Assembly: GCF_000002075.1 (NCBI RefSeq)
Contig: NW_004797297.1
Span: 1,975,701-2,039,700 of the forward strand
DNA: 64,000 bases
DNA from: Aplysia californica
Taxonomy: Eukaryota
Direction of reading: 5' to 3'
In this document: positions 47,995 through 59,900 of the stretch, in pieces
Layout of the letters: each line of letters begins with the position of its first letter
Position numbering within the stretch: the first letter of the stretch is position 1
The notes under the pieces: model-generated
What the model was told of the DNA's origin: nothing
The model's database searches: none
What the model saw: only the letters and a program-made list of their open reading frames with translations
Position numbers and translations under genes: made by a program

Positions 47995-50900
47995 ATGAGT
48001 CGCTCGGGAGCAGAAATTCGCCGAAGGTAGTCAAATTGCATTGATATTTACCCAAAGTTTCATTTGAGAACTGACAATAGACCTCATCATAAGATTTTAA
48101 TCTTAGAAGTCTGAAGCGAAGCGTTTTCATAGATTTATATTTCCTATTTTAATTCCTTTCAGTTGAATTGTTCATGTTGAAACATGACAATCAGACAAGA
48201 CAAAGAGAAGACGCCAAGGAATTGACCAAAAAAGTGATTTCTGTGAGAACGACACTGATCGCAAACTTACATATTCAACTGTGATATAAAATATTATTAT
48301 GATACTGTGAGCTAGATTGTTGACCAACTGACCTATCATCCATTTCTATTGACTGAGAGTAAGCATTTAGAATCTAGATCTAGATCTAGATCTAGATCTA
48401 AGTCCTTTAGTTTTGGCCACCTCTATAGTGCAGGCGAGTCTTGTGGCTATTCTCAGCCGGTGCGCATTCACCAAATTTTGCGTTCACCCTAAACCACAGA
48501 ATTCTACACTGTGATAACAGAAAAATTGTAGAATTCTGTGCCGTGAACAAACGTTCCATTACAACTGTAAAAATTGTAGAATTCTGTGCCGTGAACAAAC
48601 GTTCCATTACAACTGTAGCCTACTAAAAGAGTACAATTTTGTCTGTGGGCAGTGGAGAGAGAGAGAGAAAGAGAGAGAGGAGTAGCGCGAGAATTTCCGG
48701 GCAAAACAAAATGGCGACCCGCGTAGTTCGGCTCGATTCGAAAAGTTAAATAGCAGTAGCATCTTTGTAGACAACCAAATTAATTTACTTTTGTGTTTTA
48801 ACATCATATTTTAACTTTGTTTTGGTCAATTTGATCGTCCACACCGATAGACAGTATTCAGAAAGAGACAGAGAGAGAGAGAAGAGGGGAGGAGTTGATC
48901 TTGCGAGAACTTCCGGGCGGGTGAGAAATGCCACTTTCTTTAGTTTTAGTCTCACTCCTTTACTAGATCTAGATCTAGATCTAGATCTAGATCTAGATTC
49001 TAGATCTCTAATTTAAAGGTTACTTTTTCTTCTTACTTTACTACTTTCTTGAAACCTATTGTTGTGTCTGTTTGTCTTACTTTTTCCCAGCATTAAATGA
49101 TCATTATTGTGTCAATGTGTCACTCTGCACTCAAACAAATCAAAGATTTAAATTAGCAATGCTTACCGGCTGCGGGGGTGTTTCGTGGGATGCACTAACG
49201 CAAAGGTTGTTGTCTTCAACTCGCTCTCACGTCGCTTCTTAGACTTATGAATGGATATGAATGAAACTTGGCAGCCAATCAGAAAAGAGGTCAATCTCAT
49301 AGTATGCAGTTTGACAACTTTGTACCCATCCAAGAAGCAGTCGAAAACGTTTGCGAAAGTGGTTGATGTGGTGCGCTTTGAAGATTTTTCGGAGCTGTGA
49401 TTTGTCAAACTGACTGATACATTGTACACCATTTTTCTTTATTCCCTTAAAATTTCATGCTTCTGTGTTTAGCGGTTTAATCTTTAAAAATGTGGGAGTA
49501 ACTAAGGGAAAAAGCGACATTGCCATTTGCGCTTGCTGGGTGAACGACTGGCGGCTGGGAATTTTCCACTGAGTGACGTCATCAGCCATTGGTTGCCTCG
49601 GGCGCTACAAACGAGGTCCCGCTTATGTGAACCGGAAAGGGGGGGGGAAGGATACTTGAAAACTAAACGGGGGCCTTGATAACTTGCGTTTTTGTTGCAT
49701 TTTAGTCACAATACAATAGATGTAGTCATTTTTATTTGCTTGATTGCATGACAGAAGAATAGAAACAGAAAAGCAAACATATTGAGAAGTGGTATGGCAT
49801 TGTGTTTGCGTTATGAAAGCCTATTCCCCCCTCTGGGGAAAGCTCACACTTGGACTCGTCCTGTGTGCTCTGTTTGGAAAAGTGAGGCATTAAGATTGTT
49901 ATAAAAGAGTACGGTGCTTATTTAGTCCAGTCTGGGAAGATAGTCCCGTTTATACATTGATATCGTTCACGCGTGCGTGCGTGAGTGTGGGCGCGTGCAT
50001 GTGTGTGTGTGTGTGCGTGCATGCGTGAGAGAGAGATACACAGAGAGAGAGAAGGGGGGGGGGGGGTTATATATGTTACATTTATTGTATGAGTTGTAGC
50101 CTACACATGCGAAATACAGTCGAACATGCCGTAACGGAAACCTGTGTAAAACGGAAACCTATCTTAACGGAATCTCCCCGCTCCCCCCTTGATATATTCC
50201 TCTTTAATTACCTGTATAAAACGGAATCCTGTTCAACGCGGAAACGGAAAGAAAAATCTGCTCCCTTCCGAGGGTTTCACCTGTCTAAGACGGAAAATGC
50301 TTTGCCCACTCAGCCCTGATTTGAAACAAAACTCACAAGTTTGGTTCCGCCGGCTCTGAACTTAACGCCATGGCCATGCCGCTGGGCGAGGAAGAGGAGT
50401 AGGGGGGCAATTTAGGGGTAGATGTTACACCATCATGTGAGCCCTGAGCGATGCAGATGGTCAGTGTAGTGTGGGTGTGAAATCTCACAACTTTCCGTGA
50501 GAGTGCTCGAGTAGTGAGCCACTACGGAAACTTTCCTTGGTAGCCAGAAGCCAGAGGTGTGAAATTAGATTGACCAATGCCTGCGGCCGTGATCGTACGA
50601 CCAGCCCAGAAAAGAGTTCCTTGAATCGTTGTTGTTACAACGATGGCACTGAGGGGTGGCATTGGTGGGTGGGGCTAAGGGTGGAAGTAAATAAGATGTT
50701 CTAACCTTTCTGTTTTAATAGGTCAAACAGTGGTCCTATGAAAGGCAAGCATTGGTGGTAATTGGATACGTAGACTGACGCATGTCATTATCGGACAGGA
50801 TAGCAGCTGAGAGGTGTGAAGTTTTGACCACTGCTTGCCAATCGGACAAGCGGTCCTTGATCCCACCGGCTGGGCCTTTGACCCCCCCCCCCCTAAATTC

Positions 50901-53900
50901 CCCTGTCTAAGACGGAAAATGTCTAAGACGGAATTTTTTCCCCGCTCCCTTGCGATTCCGTCTGAGACAGGTTCGACTGTATTCCCATGACATGTAAACT
51001 ATATTATCTAAACGCATCTTAATCTACCACAAAATAGGGCACTGTCCAACAATGGATATACACAGAGACGATCTTATTTTCTATTACAAATTATGCATTC
51101 TTTTACTAGTGGAGAACTGGATTTATTAGACTAATAAATCCAGTTCTCTACTTACATTTTATGACAAATTGATCCAGAGCATTGCTTGGCAAGAAGGAAC
51201 CTCTTATGCTGCCAAGTTCCATTCAAATATCATGACTTTGGGAGAAGATATGACTGATAATCTTTGTAAATCTGTAAGGAAAGCCACTTTTTTACCTGTT
51301 AATGTCTTTACAACTCAAAAAGTATGATAGATATAAAAAATCTGACAGCATGACTAGATTCTGCATTTAAAAATGTACTAGACTGCCAAGTTTCATTTAC
51401 ATACTCCAAAAAATAGGCGAGCTATGACAAATATTGTCTCAAAACGCATCGAAAACCACCACATTTTTACCTATAAACGTCTTCATAACTCAAAAAGTAG
51501 GATAGCTATGAAAAATGTGAAAGCAGGACTAGATTCTGCACTAGAAAATGTACTGGGTTGCCAAGTTTAATTTAAATACTTCGAGAAATGAGCGAGTTAT
51601 GACGAATATTGTCTCAAAACTCACGAAAGAACGTCCCATATTTTGTTTTTTTCCCATTATATAAAAGTGTACCAAAAATTAATTGATTAAAAAATTCGTA
51701 ACTTTTTTGTTTATTGATGGATTTCAAAAATTCAAAAAGTTCCATGCTCTATAAGATACATATACAAAATGCACCTATTTGCAAACACTTTCTGACAAAA
51801 AAACGTTTTTCGTGGTCATTGCTATTTAAATGTAGCTAGAGTAGAGCTTACCAAAAAAGGAATGGGCAGTTGTGGAAATCTTTAGATTAAAATTACTTCT
51901 CAGGACTGTCCTTGGATTATAAAATCTAGACTCTAGGAGGCTCTAGTGTGATAATTCTTGATTTTGAGTTATTTGGATTCTTTTCCTTATCCTGCTATTT
52001 TGAAAGAACTTTCTTGCTCTCTCTTTCCGTGATAAATCAAATGGAGGTAGTAGACTGGTAGCTCATGGAATTTTTATCAAGGATACAGGTCGGGGTAAAA
52101 ATATGGTTAAGCTGAGGAGTTGAGTTGTATTTTATCTTAACCCTTGTCCCACGGGTGCCGGGTTTATGTTCCCGGATAAGCGTATTTCGGCACCTCAACT
52201 TCCGTCTGGTCCTGTATCAGTCCGGCCCTGGCTCATCACACACGCCCCAAGCATCATCCATGTGATGACCAGGTCCCGTATTCCCACAGCTCAAGTGTGT
52301 GTGCCTCAGTCTGCTTTCAGAGTTTGTGTGCATTTGTGGCCTACTTCTAGAACCGCCTGCATTGGTTTGTGACTGAGGCGTACGTCTCATTCAAAGCAAA
52401 TCAAGTTGGTAGCTTTAAATGTTCGTCAAATGAAATTAGAAAAAATTAACCCTCTTAGACATGAGGAGCTCAAAAGTATAGCCAGGAGACAAGACTTCCA
52501 TTTTTCTATTCTAAATCTTTTAATTGATTTGTATATAAAATGATATTACTCAATATAAAGTTTATTTGATAGTTTTGAATACCATTATGCAAGTAAAAAG
52601 AAAATTTGAGAGGAAAATGTTAGGGAATTGACCTATATAATTTCCTTTCGAGCCCCAGATCATTCTCAACAACGAAAGCGTCTAAAAGGTTATTCGAATG
52701 GCTGTAACTACTCGTAATGACTTATCAGCTTTTGAGAGGGGATTATTCATGTGTTTGTAACAACTTAATAAATAGAAAACTATGAAAGATAGAGTGTTAT
52801 TTTCATCATCGATTAACACACCGCCACAGTATTCGCGGCAAATACACACATTTCCAAGGTTGCTCCCTGTACACCAACAGTATACGCTGAGTGACCTCGG
52901 CGGCCTGCTGGAACGTCAGCTGTAAGAAGTTATGGATAAGACTCGCATCTTGGCACAGATGCAAGTTAAGAGTTAAGAATAAAAGCCTTGTATTATACCA
53001 CAGCAATTGCTTGCAATGACTAGTCAAGTAATGAGAAAATCGCTAGAGCTTTCCACATGAAATCTGTTTTCTTGAATAATATTTTAAAGTTCTCTCTTAT
53101 GTCAGTCTGTCACATCATCAAGTTCTGACGCACACTCACATGACATACAAGAAGTTGCAACTATTCAATTTCAATGCAATTTTTCTACTCTGGTTGATTG
53201 AAGGGAATTTTCAGTTTTGTAGCAGATTGTTTCTTTAACATGTCATTAATGGTTTTTCTTTTTTTTTGTCCCAGTGAAAGCCAGCAGAAGGTGATCCAAG
53301 ACCGGATTACTGCTATAGAACAACATCTAGGCCAATTATGTGATATATCATCGTCATATACTAGGAAAACAGCCCGGTTACGTGACAAAGGTAGGAATAA
53401 TACCATTGCATCATCAGCACTTCATCCATTGTCTCATTGCATCTCCTTTTACTTTGTTCATAAAAGAAAACTCGAACTGAGATGCATTATTAGACTCTTT
53501 CTGGCTTTCTGTATAAGAAGCATTTTGATTTTGCTTGTAGCCTGATCTAGTCAGAAAGGGAGAGAAGGTGAATCCTTTTGAGCATGGAAAACAGATTCAT
53601 ATTAATACTTTGATGCTGGGACAAGAGGAAATCTAGTATTACCAGTCAACATTTTTTATGATGGAACTTACGACTCTCTTGTGTTGACTTTATATGTTAA
53701 AGTTAATGTGAATATTTCTGATAAGTGTATCCTTGGGAAGTGAGTATAAGAATGAAAGATTTGACCCTTTTTTTTTTGTAACTTTTGCCAAGTAATTTTT
53801 TCATTGACTATAGCTTGGAGTGTAGTATCTAAAATATTGTTGTCCTTCATTTGATGATAAAAATAATTAATAATAATTGCATTTACATAGCGCATATCCA

Positions 53901-56900
53901 TGCTCAAGAGCATGCTCTATGCGCTTTACAATTATTATTACCCCAGCAGACCCTCTGAGAACACTCAGAAACATACTCGGCTTCCCCGGAAGCGTACAGT
54001 GCAAGTTGCGGATTTCACACACTCAAACACTATCAAATTGACAAGATCGTTCACTGTCTACACTGTCTATAGCCGGGTACCTATTTCCACCTGGGTGAAG
54101 TGAGGAAAATTTGTGCAAAGTGCCTTTCCCAAGGACACAGCGTGGGCCCCCTGATGGGATTCGAACCCACGATCTAACGGTTGCGAGTCCGAGAGCCTAA
54201 CCACTAAGCCACCGACACCACAACCCGTAAAATGTTTTTGAAATGCCAGTTAAAGACATTCTTATTAATGTAATGGTGAAACAAATCTTGAAGATCGAAA
54301 TTTCAAATTTTATACAACTTGTTTGTCTTTAATGTTAAAGAAACAATGGTCATGTTTTTATGCTAAGCATCTGAGATGGAAGCTTACTGGTAGAAATGTG
54401 ATGATTTTCTATTTGTGTGAAGTGATCAAATTAGGATTTTTTTGTATTTCCTTGGGTATGAAAAGACTGTCGGGGGGGGGCTCTCTTATGGTCTAAAGGT
54501 TATGGTAATCGTTTCTCATTCAATAGGTCCCGGTTTTGAAACCTGACAGCCATGAAAATTATTCGTGTCTAAAATTTTCTCCTTTCTTCTCCTTTCCTGC
54601 TCTCTAATCATGTTCTGTTGTCTACTTTCATCTCCGCTTTATGCCCCCATCTCCACCCCCGCCCACTTTTGCTCCCTCCTCTGGGCTCCTGACTCTTTAT
54701 ACTGCATTTCTACTGATAATCCTTGACTCCTTCTTATTGCTGTCTTTCTGCCACACCCCTGTTCTTTGAGTTGGTAAGATCTAACGTCTAGCCTTCTTGG
54801 ATGAGGGCGAAAAATCCTGGAGGCCATGTGTGCAAGTTGTGCACATTAAAGATTCCTTGGTGGTCCATAATCGATAAGAGTAGACTTCGGCCACCACCCG
54901 AGCAAAATTCAAAATTAATTCCTTCCAAATTAAAAGTGTTTAATGTGTCCCGCGCTCTCATATGACCTTATATATGTAGTTGCGAGCGCCGTAAAACACT
55001 TATCAAAACAAAACAAACAGGACTGTCTGGAATGTCCTTATTACTATTTGAACTTCTTTGTCTCTTCCTCAGGAGATATGATGGCAAAACAATTGATGGA
55101 ATACTCTGAGTTTGAAAAGTGGAATCCTTCTCTGAGCAATGGAATGACGAAGTTTGCAGAAAGCATGTCTGCTGTGCAAGACTACCGAGAGGCTGAAGTG
55201 AGTGCAGTTCAAATCCATAGAAGCGCTTGAGGTTTCTTGTCACATTTATTCTTGCAAAAAAAAGGGATGCTGTTGAAGATTTCAACCCATTTAAAAAAAT
55301 AATTTTAAAGAACTAATGCTGATGTGTCATTTTAGGGCTATATCTGACAACTCTGTTTCTGTGGGTGCTGGTCACACTGAAATGTTTTGAATCACATCTG
55401 GAATGTTCAAAACTTAAACGGCATTTTACTGATAATATAGTTGCAGGAAAATCTAAATTACTGGTTTCAATTGTAAAATGAAATGATCTGAAGTTGTATT
55501 TCTTTGTATGTCTTAATCTACATCTGTTTTTTTAGTTAGAACAGTCAGTTTTGAATGCTTTGCCTTTAGAAGTTTTTGATCCTTTTACTGCCTATTTTTC
55601 TGGATCAGGTGAAGAGACTTGAAGGCAAGATTATCACCCCTCTCATGAATTATGGCCTCCTGTGCAAACAAACAAAGGTATTTAATATTTCCTAATGAAT
55701 ATTTCTTTAATAAGATCTGAAAATGCAATATCTCTAGCCATGCAAATATACATTTGTGTGTATTCAAGTTCTTCAACTCTGTGTAGTTCAAATTTGTTAA
55801 GTACAAAATGTACTTTTACAAGATTCCTCATAAAATGCATTTATTTGTAATAACCATGAGTTAAAGACAGAGAAAAAAGAAGGAACAGATTAACTTAGTA
55901 ATTGGGTTTTGTTAGATTTATGTACAGTACACTTAATGAACTTCGAATTGGGGAAGTAGAGGCGATGTGGAAAGGAACTGGTCACCCTACAACAATATGC
56001 CGAAGGCCAAGGAAGTTGTCTCACTAACAAGGCAATTCCCAATGTCCGGATCGGATGTGGGAACAACTTTACACATAATGAACGATTTTTCCCCTCCACT
56101 TTTCTGTTTTAATTAATTAGCCAAATGTTTTGTGGAAAATGAATGTCAATTAAAGACACACAAATGTTCATGTAAAGTGGGCTGAGATTATCTGCGCATT
56201 AAAACTCAACATTTGATTATGGATAACATAGTTTTGAATGATATTAGTGGTTTTGACAGAAATTATTTTTGTTCTGAAAGTTTTGTTATAAGCTTTGTGA
56301 AATCTGAAATGAGATAATGAAAAATAATATTTCGTTGGTATAATCATAGTTTCTCTTAGTTACTATGCTCTAGTTTGTCCTCATTCTGGTCAGTGTAGTC
56401 TGGTAATATTGGCATAGAGAAGATGCAAAAAAAAATTTTTCAACAGATATCAGTTACACTCATTTTGACCTATTACCTCTCGTGTTTAGTAACAGTTTAT
56501 CAATGTATGATTTCAGAATGACCTGAAAGCGGCTTTTGCTGCCAGGGATCGTGAGCAAACACAAAAGAAGAAGTTGGAAGTGACGAAGGCTAAAACTCCT
56601 GGGGACAGACAAAAAATTGTATCCTTCTCACATTGTAGTATTGGTTTTATTGTTTTTATGTTGCATGAGTGAATAGTTTTACCAGTATACTTGTAGTCAT
56701 AATCAACGGTCTGCATGTCTGCGCATTTATATTATATTTGTGTACATTACAGATTAGGATTGTTAAAGGCACTGTCATGTATAGAGCACATGTTTATAAG
56801 TTTATATTCTGAGAAAAAGAAACTACATACATGGATATGTTGTATACTATATTGACGAGCAAAAGAAAGTGGGCACCCTACGTTTTGTGCATTATTTCCT

Positions 56901-59900
56901 TTCTTTACCGTAGTAATGCCATCTTGTTAATGAATTTTGAAAGATTTGCCGTTTTTCAATTAGTGCAGACAAAAACCCCCAAGAAATACGAGAAAAAACA
57001 TACCTGTTAATAGGAATTAACATCACTTATTCAAATGTCAAAAATCCCAGAATCAATAAGGGTGTAACTCCCACCAGCATTGATGACTGCTGTACATCTC
57101 CGTCTCATTGATTGCACAAATTGCTGTATAAATTGCCGGGAAATATTATTCCATGCATCAATGAATGATTGTTGCAGTTGTGGGATTGTCGTTGGGGGTG
57201 GCCGAAGGCTGCGAATTTCCTTGTCAAACTTGTCCCAGAGGTGCTCAATCACGTTTAAATCTGGGGATAATGCTGGCCACGCTGATAACATGTATGTTAC
57301 TTTGTTGTAAGAATCTCTGGGTAACAAAGGCACTGTGTGCTTGTGCATTGTCCTGCTGGAATGCGAGATTGTTCCCGTGGCAAGCCAGAAACGGCAGCAG
57401 TTGTGGATGGAGAACGTCATTGGTGTATCTCTGGGCAGTCAGATTACCGTCGATAATTACTAGATCAGACTTATCAGTACTAGTTATGGCCCCCCCCATA
57501 CCATAATGCTACGTTTGTCAGCAACAGCACTGACACACTGAGGTAAATAACGTTCATGACGTCTCCGGTAGACTTTCTGCCTTCCATCGTGTCGATCCAA
57601 AAGAAGAAATCTGGACTCGTCAGAAAATAACACTCTATTCCACTGGCGGTTTAGCCATCGTCCGTGCAGAAAGTGACTCAAGCTCAGCATGTCAATCATC
57701 AAGTCAAATTTCACGATACTACTCACACAGCACGGATTTGAGAACTGCCCACTTTCTTTTGCTCGCCAGTATAATTTGTTTTGTGGAGTGGTATTATAAA
57801 GGGGTTTTGTTGTTGGAAAGATCAACTTTTGGGGGTCGCCTGATGTCAGTGGTAAGGTGAGTAAGAAAATGGACGCCAAAGTTTGGTAACTTCCAAAGCT
57901 GTACTGTCCTTGGAAACTGCAAATTTACTTTTTTTGTGCCTTTGATCAATGTTTTTCAGTAATATTTACCCATGAATGCATTTTGGGGGTGGGGTGGTGG
58001 TGTGTGTTGGGAGTTTGGTAAGTGTTTTATAACGCTCCCAACTGCATGAGGTTATATGAGTACGCTGAGCACATTAAGCATTTTCAGTTTGGTAGGAAGT
58101 AATTTTGAACTTTGCCTGGGTGGCAGCCAAAGCATACTCTTATCAGTTTTGAACCACCTAAGGATCTTTCTTTAACATGTGAAATTTGCGTATGGGACTT
58201 CCAAAATTTTTCAACGTTTCCCAGAAGGCTAGGTGTTAAATCTTACCTACCGTAAGATCAGGGGTGTGGCTGAAAGACATCAGTAAGAAGGAGCCAAGGA
58301 GTAATACTAGAAAGACTGCAAAAAGAGACAGGAGCCCAGAGGAGGGAACAAAGGGGAGAGGGGTTAAATGCGTTTTTAATCAGACATAAAGGGTGTTGAG
58401 CCCAAATCAAAGCTTTGTATGCAAATTTCAAAATGGGTTGAGGGTTGGAAAATATCAGGTTCCTCGATTTCATTATTTTGTCATATGCTTGGTTTCACCA
58501 CGATTCCACACATTTGGAAAGACATTACTGTTGTTTAACAAGGAATGTGCAGCTTCCTTCTGAGAACTAGGATTTGTATGGTACTTGGTGCCATGCTTAC
58601 ATATATAATCAAGTGTCTAAAGACTATAATTATGTTTAAATTGTTCCATGGTTGAAAAAATTTTGTCTATGGTAAGTTTTGTATTCTTTGTAGATATTTT
58701 TTTACCTCAGAGGTTGGATGAATTCACTCATTTTTTCTTTGGTGAGTTTTGTGTAGGTGAACCTCTCCACATTAATTTTGGCAATGTTTTAAAATTTGAA
58801 TAATTTTCATTCAAAGTACTATTGCAAATAAAGGTTTAAAGTAAGTGTATCTCGAGTAATGCTTTACCACTGCTCTATGGGAAGAAGTTGGCCAAGCTTT
58901 GGTGTGTTCTCCTTCCTTGACCTACTCCCAGGCACAGGTAACTTTTGGTAGCAGCTTGTGTGGTCTGACTGTGTGTCTGTGTCCACTAGAAGAATATACC
59001 CTCATGTTGTGTGCACATAGACATGCGTTGTATTGTAAGTAAAGTATGTTATCAGGGATCTCTACCAAAATTTTTTTCTGTGTGCGCAGAGGTGAGTTTT
59101 GTTGAGACTGGTTGTCTTTTTTCTTTTTTTTTTTCTTTATCAGGGCAAACATTTTTCCTGTTTCTGAAAAAGAAAGAAAGTGTAAATATTATTGTCCTTT
59201 AAAAAAGAGTTAGAATTTGAAATTGATCCCTGCGTTGTTAAGTACATGTATTTGGTAGTGGTATCCATTGTTTGAAGTCGTGCTCAGGTACAGTAGATAC
59301 CTACCTACTTACTTTTTTACTTTTTCATCCTCTGTTGCTATTAAGCGTCGAGGGGAGATGCAGTTTTCTTTGGTAGGCCAGCTCCGCAGCTCTTTCAGTT
59401 GGGTTATTATGTTTTCTCAAGTCTCAAGGTTTCCTTGACACCCTCGATCCACCTTTTGTGTGGCCTTCCTCTTCCTTTATAGCGTGAGTGCTTGGTGTTG
59501 TCGGCTCTCGAGGCTGGTTGGCCTGGTGATATACGGCAGTAGATACCACATAGTTAAAAATATTTTTTTTTAGAAACATGACTCCCAATAAATTTGCAAT
59601 TAGATTAGAATGAGGTATTTTATATTCTTGGGTAGTTATCTTTGCAAAACATAATCTGTATTGTTGCTGTAGCTGTAAAGTATGCAGCCTTTGTTCATAT
59701 CATTGTTAGTGAGTGAAACTCTTATATAACCTTGATATTTGGATGCTCTAAGTCTTCAATATAATCTTCATATTCTCTCTTACAAATCACTGTTTTAAGG
59801 TTTGTGACACATTTGTTTGTTTTAAGGTTATATGAGCACTTTTTTCTACCTGTCGGATGATGTATTTTTATTGTACTGTGATGTATTGTTCGGTTCCATT

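Noticed and set aside
48710-48750. AAAATGGCG start as the first CIBAR1 exon
   Set aside because: No usable donor. Exon 47995-48026 fits phase and family N-terminus better.
52137-52976. TTAA-flanked piggyBac-like MITE
   Set aside because: The ends (CCCTTG vs CTCTTA) match too weakly to set boundaries.
54150-54220. tRNA gene
   Set aside because: A and B boxes are present, but the sequence continues into a SINE body and LINE-like tail, and the acceptor stem is poor.
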